Of a DNA stretch of 28,645 bases, positions 1 to 8,584 are shown one piece after another. The stretch lies in the IMG/VR virus record IMGVR_UViG_3300047476_000872, positions 1-28,645 of that record, one strand, 5' to 3'. Below the pieces are notes generated by a model. The model was given only the letters and a program-made list of their open reading frames with translations. It was not told the origin of the DNA and ran no database searches. The position numbers were made by a program, and so were the translations under genes. Positions within the stretch are counted from its first letter, which is position 1, and every line of letters begins with the position of its first letter. Origin of the DNA: a virus (lineage: Duplodnaviria; Caudoviricetes).

Positions 1-1103
1 TGGTTTGCAGCTTTTACTGATGCCGCGGCGGCAGCGTCAGCTTTTACTCTATCTTGTGCTGTTTCTTTTTTCTTTTCTTTTGTTTTTAACCATTCAACTT
101 CAGGAGCATTTGCCGCAGTAGGACTCAAAGCCATTTGAGCGGCAGCAATCCATGGATTAGCTCTAGCTAAAGTTCCTACACCGATTTTTGGTAAATTTCC
201 TGCAAGAACTGGTAAACCTTGTTTTGCAAGTTTGAGTGCTTTGGGTCCATACTTTTTAGCAAGTCTCTTTACATTTTCTATATCAATACCTGCACCAGGC
301 GCCGGCATTGTCGCTGTAGCAGCTTGTTCTCTTAAAATTTCTAAATGATTTTTGAAACTCTCTTTAACAATACGAGGACGCCAACCTGGTTGGCCTCGCG
401 GCGCTGTAGCTGGAGCAGCCGGAGCAGCAGGTGCTTGTGTGGTGGGTGCAGCAGGTTGATTTGCTTTTGCTTTAGCAGCTTTTCTCAGTCTTGACTTTAT
501 ACCAGAATAGATACCTAAGTTTATGATTGCATCTGCTAATGGACTCTTCGATGTGAGCGTCTTGTTTATAAGATGCTTTCTTATCTCAGGTAAATCACTA
601 TCAGTGATATTTTTCTTTTTACCAATATCTGGTGGTCTTCTTGGTGTTACTGCTTCATTTACTGCCATGATATTACCTCCACCATAAGGAACAGAAACAT
701 ATCTGTCGATTGCTTGTGCATAGTACAGAGCCACTTTTGTGTTATCAGGATAAACACGAATTGCTTTGCGCTTTAATATGAGAACCGGTGGCAGATCACT
801 ATCAGAAGGCCAGTTCTTTGGTCCTCTTGGATCGTACTTTGAAAGATAGTTATTGGTCTTTTTTGCTTCGTCTAATTGCTCATGAGCAAACTGTGTAATG
901 AGCGATTCCAACAAGTTCGTGACGAACCTCTTTTCTGAACCGCTCATCTTGTCAGCAGAGTTTTCAAGTATCTTCTTTAGAACAGGAAGTTTTTTCTCTT
1001 CAAACAGACCAGCTTCAACCATCGCATCTAAATTGCGTTGATCTCTAACTGATTTCTCAGTGATATTATCGTATGTTTCTCTGATCTGCTTGAGGTTCTT
1101 CAT
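1..1103 (-). CDS. Head-region hypothetical protein (prohead core/internal protein-like), 3'-truncated by the window, >=367 aa
   Basis: Absent from the ORF track. Manual translation from ATG at 1103 (MKNLKQIRETYDIITEKS...DLPPVLILKRKAIRVYPDNTKVALYY...) stays open to base 1. It lies 6 nt downstream of the gp67-like gene and has a Pro/Ala-rich linker and a Lys-rich C-terminal part. Confidence 0.8.
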   Translation of the reverse strand, partial: MKNLKQIRETYDNITEKSVRDQRNLDAMVEAGLFEEKKLPVLKKILENSADKMSGSEKRFVTNLLESLITQFAHEQLDEAKKTNNYLSKYDPRGPKNWPSDSDLPPVLILKRKAIRVYPDNTKVALYYAQAIDRYVSVPYGGGNIMAVNEAVTPRRPPDIGKKKNITDSDLPEIRKHLINKTLTSKSPLADAIINLGIYSGIKSRLRKAAKAKANQPAAPTTQAPAAPAAPATAPRGQPGWRPRIVKESFKNHLEILREQAATATMPAPGAGIDIENVKRLAKKYGPKALKLAKQGLPVLAGNLPKIGVGTLARANPWIAAAQMALSPTAANAPEVEWLKTKEKKKETAQDRVKADAAAAASVKAAN

Positions 1104-1109
1104 ATCTAA

Positions 1110-1667
1110 TTAGACCTTCTTCACTTTACGAGCTACAATCTTCTTGATAGGAATTGCAGGCCCCATTTCTCTTTCATTGGTGTCGTCCTTGTCCTTATCT
1201 TTGGACTCATCAACTCTTCTTGCACCAATTTGGGTCATTCTAGCACCTTGACTATCGATCTTTGCTGTACCAATAGGAGCACCAGAACCAATTCTAGTTG
1301 AAGATACAGTTGACTGACCATATCCTGTCTTTGGTTCATTAACAGTACTTGCTGTTATTCTAGCAGGACCTACACCAGGTACATTGCCTGATACTGTACC
1401 AGTTTCTGCTGTACGACCACCCATGTTAAAACCTGGACGACCGAAAGGTCTCTTTGCCATTGCACCAATACCTTGACTTACCTGTGAAGCCTGTACTGCT
1501 GATAGCTGTTGTTCGTCTAGTTGTGCAAAGTAAGATTCAGCAATAGAAATCTTCTTCTCTTCTAGCTTCTGCACTGCCTTTTCCATCAAGGCACTTGAGA
1601 AATTCTGGCGCATTTCGTCAAGATTACCTGTTATGATATTTGATAATGCTTGTTTGATGTTATTCAT
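1110..1667 (-). CDS. Prohead core protein, gp67-like N-terminus with a Gly/Thr-rich extension
   Basis: Position just downstream of the portal region. The N-terminal ~47 aa (…FSSALMEKAVQKLEEKKISIAESYF) resemble gp67-type core proteins of T4-like phages. A late promoter and GGAG RBS lie upstream. Confidence 0.6.
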   Translation of the reverse strand: MNNIKQALSNIITGNLDEMRQNFSSALMEKAVQKLEEKKISIAESYFAQLDEQQLSAVQASQVSQGIGAMAKRPFGRPGFNMGGRTAETGTVSGNVPGVGPARITASTVNEPKTGYGQSTVSSTRIGSGAPIGTAKIDSQGARMTQIGARRVDESKDKDKDDTNEREMGPAIPIKKIVARKVKKV

Positions 1668-1689
1668 TTTCTTCTCCGATAGTCTGTAA

Positions 1690-1697
1690 TATTTATA
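1690..1697 (-). promoter_or_regulatory. T4-type late promoter TATAAATA
   Basis: Exact TATAAATA on the minus strand, overlapping the upstream stop codon, 22 nt before the ATG at 1667. Confidence 0.75.
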
Positions 1698-2613
1698 CTT
1701 CTTCTATTAGTTGACAGTAAAACAATGTAATTGGTGTCTGTGATCCTGAACCTAATACTACATCACTTGGTAGTTCATGAGGACCAGATATGATACCAAT
1801 CTTTGATCCTCTAGGTAACAGTGTTTCCATTTCACCGGATTCTGTAAAAGCTTCAGTGTATATTGTCTTCTGACCTTGAGTAATATTGATCTGAAGTAAT
1901 GTAACAGACTGTAGCTGTTGTTCTGTCGTAGCTGCTTCTACACAAACGTTGTAGTCTAAAGATGCTGAAACATAACCTTTGAAGATATATGCACCACCTG
2001 CTTCAATCTGTGCAGGATTGTATCTAGCACTTAAAACTGTGTAGACTGTATAATCGAATGGTGCTCGACTATCTTCGAAAAGCACATCTAATTCGTTTAC
2101 AGTTTGAGTTATGAATCCTGCAAGTTCAGGATCTGTTGTCTGATCGAAACCCATATAGAGATATCGATTGACTGTTTCGAAATCTGTAGAGATGAAGTCA
2201 AGTATCGTATTGATCTCCATCGAATCAAACATTGAGTTGTTATAGGCCATCTTAAGCATTGCATCTTGCTTAAGTATTTCTTGGCCTTCGGCACCCATGA
2301 TCTTTTGATCGTTTTGAGTTCTCTTGTAAGAGGCATCAATAAAACTATTGGCTTGTTTCTTTAATTCCGCACTCTTTTCACCATCACTCTGATTGGCCTT
2401 GTTATAGTTGCTATAGGCATCTTGCTGACTAGTATATGGTACTAAATTCTCACCATCTAGTATGTATGCAATATTTCCTTGATTGTCCGCAAAACGGCCA
2501 AATCCAACGTAATTCAAACCCATCTTCTCAGCTTGAGACATAGCCTTCGACTTTGGAACATCTAACACTTGTGCTGCTAAAGATTCCTTCAAAAAGTCTT
2601 CATACTTAAGCAT
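1693..2613 (-). CDS. ADP-ribosyltransferase exoenzyme (VIP2/Alt-like) domain protein with degenerate active site
   Basis: Motifs: VNRYLY helix, TVYT (VYRG position), FKGYVSASLD (STS position), LLQINITQGQK, EMETLLPRGSK (ExE-LLPRG). Start reassigned to ATG 2613 (GGAG RBS, overlaps the portal stop). Confidence 0.7.
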   Translation of the reverse strand: MLKYEDFLKESLAAQVLDVPKSKAMSQAEKMGLNYVGFGRFADNQGNIAYILDGENLVPYTSQQDAYSNYNKANQSDGEKSAELKKQANSFIDASYKRTQNDQKIMGAEGQEILKQDAMLKMAYNNSMFDSMEINTILDFISTDFETVNRYLYMGFDQTTDPELAGFITQTVNELDVLFEDSRAPFDYTVYTVLSARYNPAQIEAGGAYIFKGYVSASLDYNVCVEAATTEQQLQSVTLLQINITQGQKTIYTEAFTESGEMETLLPRGSKIGIISGPHELPSDVVLGSGSQTPITLFYCQLIEEV

Positions 2614-4288
2614 TCTCAGGCTCCATCGTATCATTCACAAAGCGTTTCTTACTCGGTTGTGCCAACGGATTCATTTGATCTTTGCCCATACCACTTTGTG
2701 GTTGTGGTTCAATACCTGTGCTTGCCGCTTTAAGGCTTTCTGCGGGTGTAGGAGGAGGCACAGCTTGAGGAACACCAGCAGTATTTGGCATAGGATTACC
2801 AAATTCATCTGTTGGCATATTCTGTGCTTGCTCTTGTTCGATCTGTTGTGTCATCTCTTCAATTTCTTCATCGTCCATTTGAAGGATGTTTCTGCGAACC
2901 CATTCCATAGAGTAATAACGACCAACATATGGGTCGATAAGCTGTAGTGTCTGAATACGATTTTGAAGAAGCTCGGCTTCTTTCAATTCTGTAAAGTTAT
3001 TGTCTTTCTTGAAGTCATACCAGATATCTTCTTTGAATTCTCTCCACTCTTCTTCGGTGCAAATTTTCTTTAGAATGCACTGAATGCGTAGTAGATCATC
3101 AAAGAGAGTGGCGAACTTATTACGTAGACGATTGACAAACTTGGTGAACTTCAATTCGTCTCTGGTGATTTCTGTAGAACGGCCTAGTGAGAACCCTTGC
3201 TGCTGTTCTAATCTAGAAATAGGAACACCAAGGGCCTTGTATAGTTTCTTTTCAAAGTACTTAACGTCTTCTAGCTCACCAAGGTTCATACCACCGGGAA
3301 GTGTCGTGATTTCTGTACCTTTACCACCTTCTCTACGTGGTAGCCAGAAATCTTCAAGCATTGAAAGATGCTTGCGATCATCTTTGATTTCACCTGTGCT
3401 GGAATCGTATACAAGTTTGTTACGATATTTGACCATCACATCACGAAGATATTGTTCTGCTTTGACTGTTGGCATGTTACCAACATCGATATAGAATACT
3501 CTACGCTCAGGCGCGCGGGATAGTCTATAGATAACTGTTGCATCTTCAACCATACGAAGCTGGTTGAGAGGCTTGATAGCTTTATGAAGATAAGAGAGAA
3601 CCATTGCTCTCTTTGAGTCCATTAGACCTGAATTGACATTTACAACCGCATCTATGGTGATCTTTGTACCAAGTTGCGAGTGGGCACCAATCATACCTCT
3701 TTCATTATAGAGGTAGTATTCTTTGATGCTCTTAATGACTTCCATGCCGCTATTTGGATCTTTGGTTTTCTGAACTTCGCGAATTTTGCGAATACGGCGA
3801 GGGTCAATATACCTGAGTTCTTGAATACCTTTTTGAGGAGACTTATCATCAATGATGATATGATAGAAAATTCTACCGTCGATATACCATCTACGGAAGA
3901 TATCGTGACCCATATTACCAAAGTCAAGCAACTTCAGAATATAATCAAACTCATCTCTAATTTTTCTTTTGATTGCACTGGATTCTTTAAGTTCGTCTGT
4001 AACGATCTCTACACCACGTTCTTCATCGTCATTGACAATTGCTTCATTGACGATTTCATCAATAGCAGTTTCCAATTCTGGTTGCATTGACATTTCACGA
4101 TATCGTGTGATGAGTTCAATTTCATTACGAACAACACCATCTAAGTCAACGTATGTGCCATAGTAAGCACCCGACTGAATGGTTACGGCACCATCGTCGG
4201 TTGTTGGAATAGCAAACGATTTATTACGTTCGTCTTCTTGCTGATTTTTCTTACGGCTTATTTCAAAACCGAAAAAGCTTACGGCCAT
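2606..4288 (-). CDS. gp20: Portal vertex protein (T4 gp20 family)
   Basis: Motifs LSYLHKAIKPLNQLRMVEDATVIYRLSRAPERRVFYIDVGN and EDFWLPRREGGKGTEITTLPGG; synteny. Confidence 0.98.
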   Translation of the reverse strand: MAVSFFGFEISRKKNQQEDERNKSFAIPTTDDGAVTIQSGAYYGTYVDLDGVVRNEIELITRYREMSMQPELETAIDEIVNEAIVNDDEERGVEIVTDELKESSAIKRKIRDEFDYILKLLDFGNMGHDIFRRWYIDGRIFYHIIIDDKSPQKGIQELRYIDPRRIRKIREVQKTKDPNSGMEVIKSIKEYYLYNERGMIGAHSQLGTKITIDAVVNVNSGLMDSKRAMVLSYLHKAIKPLNQLRMVEDATVIYRLSRAPERRVFYIDVGNMPTVKAEQYLRDVMVKYRNKLVYDSSTGEIKDDRKHLSMLEDFWLPRREGGKGTEITTLPGGMNLGELEDVKYFEKKLYKALGVPISRLEQQQGFSLGRSTEITRDELKFTKFVNRLRNKFATLFDDLLRIQCILKKICTEEEWREFKEDIWYDFKKDNNFTELKEAELLQNRIQTLQLIDPYVGRYYSMEWVRRNILQMDDEEIEEMTQQIEQEQAQNMPTDEFGNPMPNTAGVPQAVPPPTPAESLKAASTGIEPQPQSGMGKDQMNPLAQPSKKRFVNDTMEPENA

Positions 4289-4306
4289 AGTTCACTCCGA
4301 GAAAGC

Positions 4307-4326
4307 GGCGGGGATTTCTCCCCGCC
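4307..4326 (-). terminator. GC-rich hairpin between tail tube and portal genes (probable leaky intrinsic terminator or mRNA 3' stabiliser)
   Basis: Perfect 8-bp stem GGCGGGGA/TCCCCGCC with a GAAA tetraloop on the minus strand, followed by only a weak U tract (GCTTTCTC). Confidence 0.65.
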
Positions 4327-4340
4327 TTTGTTATGATATA

Positions 4341-4928
4341 TTATTGGGCAGCAGAGTTAACGTCATCTGTAGTTCCAAGTGACTCCCACCACTGATAGGC
4401 AAAGGTTACTGCAAACTCTTCGATTGTATCGTTTGCACCCCAGTCCATTTCAATAGGGCTAAGATCAATTGGAAACATACCGACAAACTTGTATCTCTTA
4501 ATACCATTCTCACCATTTTCATCAGACTTACCATACTGAGTGATAGTGGCTTCTTTTTGATATGTAGCAGGTGAAACAGAGTTGGCATCACGAAGGTTAC
4601 CTACGTGAGAATTCAATCTGCTCATCCAAATCTCAATGGCATCACGGATCAAGAAGTCTTCATCGTTGATGATCGTAACAGTCCACTCGGTGAATGTTCT
4701 GTTACCAGCAAACTTTAGTTCACGACCGAAGTAGTTTACAGGAATCTGGTTTACAGTAGAACCTGGCAACTGTGCAGCACGGCACATGAATGAGAACTTC
4801 TCTTGAATGTTTGTAGCACCACCGATTGCCAAGAGTTCGCCTAGGCCTTGGATATCACAGGTGAACAGGTTAGGACGGGCACCGTCTCCTGTCATCTGGG
4901 CTCTAAAACGTTGAACGTTAAAAGTCAT
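4341..4928 (-). CDS. gp19: Tail tube protein (T4 gp19 family)
   Basis: Motifs GARPNLF, FMCRAAQLPGS, GRELKFAGNRTFTEWTVTIINDEDF, IEEFAVTFAYQWW; synteny after the sheath gene. Confidence 0.97.
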   Translation of the reverse strand: MTFNVQRFRAQMTGDGARPNLFTCDIQGLGELLAIGGATNIQEKFSFMCRAAQLPGSTVNQIPVNYFGRELKFAGNRTFTEWTVTIINDEDFLIRDAIEIWMSRLNSHVGNLRDANSVSPATYQKEATITQYGKSDENGENGIKRYKFVGMFPIDLSPIEMDWGANDTIEEFAVTFAYQWWESLGTTDDVNSAAQ

Positions 4929-4946
4929 TTATTTACTCCTTTTGTC

Positions 4947-4954
4947 TATTTATG
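4947..4954 (-). promoter_or_regulatory. Late promoter variant CATAAATA upstream of tail tube gene
   Basis: 7/8 match to TATAAATA in the gp18-gp19 gap, followed by AGGAG RBS. Confidence 0.6.
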
Positions 4955-4968
4955 TTCATTTTTAGCAA

Positions 4969-6681
4969 TTAGAATCTACCAACGATTTCTTCGAAGGCAA
5001 CACCAGTTCTTACAGCAACGAAGTTAAGCTGAATGAAGTTGATGCTTCTAGCTGGCTTAATGTAGATATCACCGACAAATTCGTTTCTGTCGATAACTTC
5101 AGGAGTGTTATTTGTAGTATCGCAAACTACACGATATGCGTAGATACCGCGGCGACCTTGTACATCACGCAGGTAAGGCTCAACGAGACCTACAAACTGT
5201 GAGCGTGTGAATTCATCGTTGAATTCGAACAGGCTGTACTTGGCTGCGCGTGAGATTGCCTTTTCAAGAACGATGAACAAGCGACGAACGTTGATACGGT
5301 CGAATGCTGAAGGTCTTGAAAGAAGGGTCTTATCGCCATACAAGATTGTACCTTCACCTGGGAAAGAAACAACTGGGTTAACACCATTCTTGTATAGAGT
5401 ATCACGATCGGTCTTGTTTGGATTCCATGCAAGCTTGATAACATTCTTGATTTGACCACGGTTGAAACCGGCTGGTGAATACCAAGGATCACGCTCATAG
5501 TCAGTTCTTACGCACAGACCAGCAATATCACCGTTCAGAGGAACCCAACGATATACGTTTGAGTACTTGTCGAACTGATACTTCCAGCCAGAGTCAAGAA
5601 CAGCATAAGAAGATGAAGGTAGAATATTTCTGTAAGCGACAGCATTTGTTGCTTCGTTACCATACTTGTTGATTACGTTAGCAGACATTGGAGACAAGAA
5701 TGCCACACAGTCTTTACGTGTTTCAGCAAGGTTATTGATGATGTGCAAATGAACGTTTGCAGAAGATGCACCAGCCATGATCAGAGAGATATCAACTTCT
5801 TCACCATTCTTGAAGCGGTCGTATGCTGTAATAAGTTCAGCATCTGTTACGTTAGCTGTAACACCGTTCTTCAGAACGTATGAATAGGAATCACTTGAAC
5901 TAAATGCTGTGTTACCAACTGTATTGCCCCAGTTTGTTGCGCCTGATGGATGATTGATTATGTAGATGTACTTTGACTTGTCATTGATTACGTTCACATA
6001 ATAGTTAGATGAACCGTCATCATTCTTAGCGTCAAGTCCCTTAGAAACGTATGAGTACTTTTCAAGAACTGTGTTTGGAGCAGCAAATACACCCTTCTCA
6101 TCGATGACAAGAATGTGCATTTCATCATATGAACCACCTCTAGTGCTTGCATAGACTGAATTTGCAGGTTTTGAATCAAAAAGATTTGCATAGTTGATTG
6201 TGGTGCTTGCCCATGCAGACCATGCATTTGAGTTTGCGCCGTTAGCAAAAACTTCAATTCTCAGACCATTTCCTAGATCACCAGCATAACGAGCGGCGAC
6301 CACACCATTGTTTGCAAGGTTTGCTACGAATGGATAGTTCCAATTGTTGTTATAGTCTTCTTGGTTAGCGATGAGAACAGCAAGATTTCCTGATGTTGCG
6401 TTTTTATCAGATGCGGTGTTTGAAGCACGAACAACTTTAAGATCACGGCCATAAGCCAAGAAGTTGGCTGCTGTGAACCATGAAGCGACAGAGTTAGCTG
6501 AACCTGATGGCTTACCGAAAGTGTCTACTAGCTCGTTTTCGTCGGAAATTGTTACGATTGTATTTGAAGGACCCCATGCAAACTGCGCTGCAATAGCACC
6601 TTGTGTTGTGCCTACTGAAGGCACAATGGTAGTAAGGTCATATTCAGTTACATTTACACCTGGTGACAGTTGAAATGCCAT
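4969..6681 (-). CDS. gp18: Tail sheath protein (T4 gp18 family)
   Basis: Motifs SPGVNVTEYDLT, PWYSPAGFNRG, FDRINVRRLF, FEFNDEFTR, IYIKPARSINFIQLNFVAVRTG. Confidence 0.98.
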   Translation of the reverse strand: MAFQLSPGVNVTEYDLTTIVPSVGTTQGAIAAQFAWGPSNTIVTISDENELVDTFGKPSGSANSVASWFTAANFLAYGRDLKVVRASNTASDKNATSGNLAVLIANQEDYNNNWNYPFVANLANNGVVAARYAGDLGNGLRIEVFANGANSNAWSAWASTTINYANLFDSKPANSVYASTRGGSYDEMHILVIDEKGVFAAPNTVLEKYSYVSKGLDAKNDDGSSNYYVNVINDKSKYIYIINHPSGATNWGNTVGNTAFSSSDSYSYVLKNGVTANVTDAELITAYDRFKNGEEVDISLIMAGASSANVHLHIINNLAETRKDCVAFLSPMSANVINKYGNEATNAVAYRNILPSSSYAVLDSGWKYQFDKYSNVYRWVPLNGDIAGLCVRTDYERDPWYSPAGFNRGQIKNVIKLAWNPNKTDRDTLYKNGVNPVVSFPGEGTILYGDKTLLSRPSAFDRINVRRLFIVLEKAISRAAKYSLFEFNDEFTRSQFVGLVEPYLRDVQGRRGIYAYRVVCDTTNNTPEVIDRNEFVGDIYIKPARSINFIQLNFVAVRTGVAFEEIVGRF

Positions 6682-6720
6682 ATTATTTCTCCTTTGAAAG
6701 TGGATTATTATTCTTGTTAT

Positions 6721-6728
6721 TATTTAGA
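6721..6728 (-). promoter_or_regulatory. Late promoter variant TCTAAATA upstream of tail sheath gene
   Basis: 7/8 match to TATAAATA in the gp17-gp18 gap; AGGAG RBS before ATG 6681. Confidence 0.5.
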
Positions 6729-6739
6729 AAAATAGAGAT

Positions 6740-8407
6740 TTATAGCTTTGCATTCCAATTCAAGTCGTTCCATGGATACCTCTTGTCGATATCTTCAAAC
6801 CATACTGTACCCCTATCATCAACTTCCATGCTAGGTGTGTACTTATCTAGACCGTCATCGATGATCGGAAGAGGCATCAAGTCAGAATCCATTAGCTGCA
6901 ACTGCTCTTCTTGCAGGGTCCGTCTGATATCGTTCTTGATGTTCTCTTTGAAGTATCTTTGAGCGGTCAACCAGCCAAAATGAACTAATGTCATGGCCAG
7001 ATCGTCGTTATTACCTTCTTCGGCCTTGTATGTTTTTTTGTCGGCTGAGAAAGTTGTTAGCTCTAATATTGTTTCACCATCACATATAATTAGCTTGTCG
7101 CTCTCTACCAACGTCTTTAAGTTTGCACAACCAATATTTTTAGTCTGTTGAGATGTTCTTATACCGTAGGCAATTCTCTTTTTGAAACCTGGAGTTTGCT
7201 GTTGACCTTGTTTGCCTTTCATTTCAATCTTGATCAAGTTCTCATATGCGATTTCGTGGTGCAGAATTTCTGACACTTGTAGACCAATCGTATTGATCTC
7301 TACCAGAACAAAAGCTTCATTGTAGTACCTTGCGTGATTTGCAATGATAGAAGGAAACAACATTGGAGATATCTTGTTGTTTCGGTATTTTGCTACCTGA
7401 CGATAAGGTATCTCAGTCACATCGATGATAGAAAACGTTGAATAGTCTAAGTTAAGACCTTCTGCAACGTCTACGGTCATGGTATATGTATGATCTTTTA
7501 TTGGCTCTTCGTAGATATCTAAGAAGCCTTCTTTACGGATTGGATGTCTGAAGGCCAGCGCCCTAAGCTTAGAAGGATGAATGAGTGTATTTGTAGAACC
7601 GATAAATTCACATTCAAACTCTTGTCTGAACTGGTCAGGTGAAGTGTTACGGATCGTAAGTGCTTTCCACTCTTCGTCTCTACCCGGCACCATGCTCCAG
7701 TGAATTTCAATTGGAATATAGTCACTGCGCTTTTCAATTGCTTCAGTCCACATACGATAGAATAAATTTAGTCCGTTCGGTGTAGAAACGATGATGACTT
7801 TCGTTGTGTTACCAGAAGAGATTGTAGGGTACGTAGACATGAAGAATGCTTCGGCGATGTTGTTTGGTACGAATGCAAACTCGTCTAAGAAGATAACATT
7901 GAAAGATTGACCACGAACAGAGCTACCAGATGTGGAGTCAGCAACTGCTATCGATCCATTAGCAAGTTTGATTGAACCTTTGTTCCACAGAACAACACCT
8001 TGCTGTAAAAATCTTGGTAGATACTCAAAAGCAAGCTGAAGACGACCCATGATTTCGCGGGCAGTAGCAGACTTGTTAGCGAGAATGGCCACTTTGACGT
8101 TTTCATTGAACAAAATGTAGTGTAGTAAGAAAGCTACAGATGTTGTTGTCTTACCAACCTGTCTAGGCAGCTTACAAATAGAGAAGCGGTTTTCATGAAA
8201 AGTTCTGAGCATATCTTGCTGGAAGTCCCACATGCGGAAAGGCATGAGGCCGTGATCAACGTTGATGATACGCATGTATGTTGTGGCGAAGTAAACTGGA
8301 TCTTCCATACACTTTGCAAACTCATCACGTTCATTCTGTGTAAATGCATGTTTGAAATCTTCTCTTGGGAGATTTGGATTTCCATTATAACCGTCTCTAA
8401 AACTCAC
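6740..8407 (-). CDS. gp17: Terminase large subunit (T4 gp17 family)
   Basis: Walker A PRQVGKTT, Walker B IFLDEFAF, coupling motif VSTPNG, nuclease motifs TVDVAEG and NNDDLAM. Confidence 0.98.
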   Translation of the reverse strand: MSFRDGYNGNPNLPREDFKHAFTQNERDEFAKCMEDPVYFATTYMRIINVDHGLMPFRMWDFQQDMLRTFHENRFSICKLPRQVGKTTTSVAFLLHYILFNENVKVAILANKSATAREIMGRLQLAFEYLPRFLQQGVVLWNKGSIKLANGSIAVADSTSGSSVRGQSFNVIFLDEFAFVPNNIAEAFFMSTYPTISSGNTTKVIIVSTPNGLNLFYRMWTEAIEKRSDYIPIEIHWSMVPGRDEEWKALTIRNTSPDQFRQEFECEFIGSTNTLIHPSKLRALAFRHPIRKEGFLDIYEEPIKDHTYTMTVDVAEGLNLDYSTFSIIDVTEIPYRQVAKYRNNKISPMLFPSIIANHARYYNEAFVLVEINTIGLQVSEILHHEIAYENLIKIEMKGKQGQQQTPGFKKRIAYGIRTSQQTKNIGCANLKTLVESDKLIICDGETILELTTFSADKKTYKAEEGNNDDLAMTLVHFGWLTAQRYFKENIKNDIRRTLQEEQLQLMDSDLMPLPIIDDGLDKYTPSMEVDDRGTVWFEDIDKRYPWNDLNWNAKL

Positions 8408-8577
8408 TTCTGATCCTTCTTCTTGATCTCTTCATATCTATCACTTAGTTCTTTCATCTTTTTACGGAATTCATCTGAATCGATCAACTTTCTACCAAGA
8501 GCCTTTTCGATCTTGGCGGTAGGTGAAACATAACCTTTACCGTATGCTTCATTCAAAAACTGTTTGACTGTTTTCAT
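8404..8577 (-). CDS. Small basic hypothetical protein (57 aa) with capsid-targeting-like N-terminus
   Basis: Start reassigned to ATG 8577 (MKTVKQFLNEAY...), 7 nt after the upstream stop. The stop overlaps the gp17 ATG (ATGA). Confidence 0.7.
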   Translation of the reverse strand: MKTVKQFLNEAYGKGYVSPTAKIEKALGRKLIDSDEFRKKMKELSDRYEEIKKKDQK

Positions 8578-8584
8578 TTTTAGC

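Noticed and set aside
2657-6962. Plus-strand and alternate-frame ORFs over portal and sheath genes (e.g. 3084..3494, 3674..4090, 5190..5498)
   Set aside because: Shadow frames of well-conserved genes, with no recognisable motifs.
6740-8407. Intein or intron in the terminase large subunit
   Set aside because: 555 aa with all motifs contiguous; no splice motifs or homing endonuclease.
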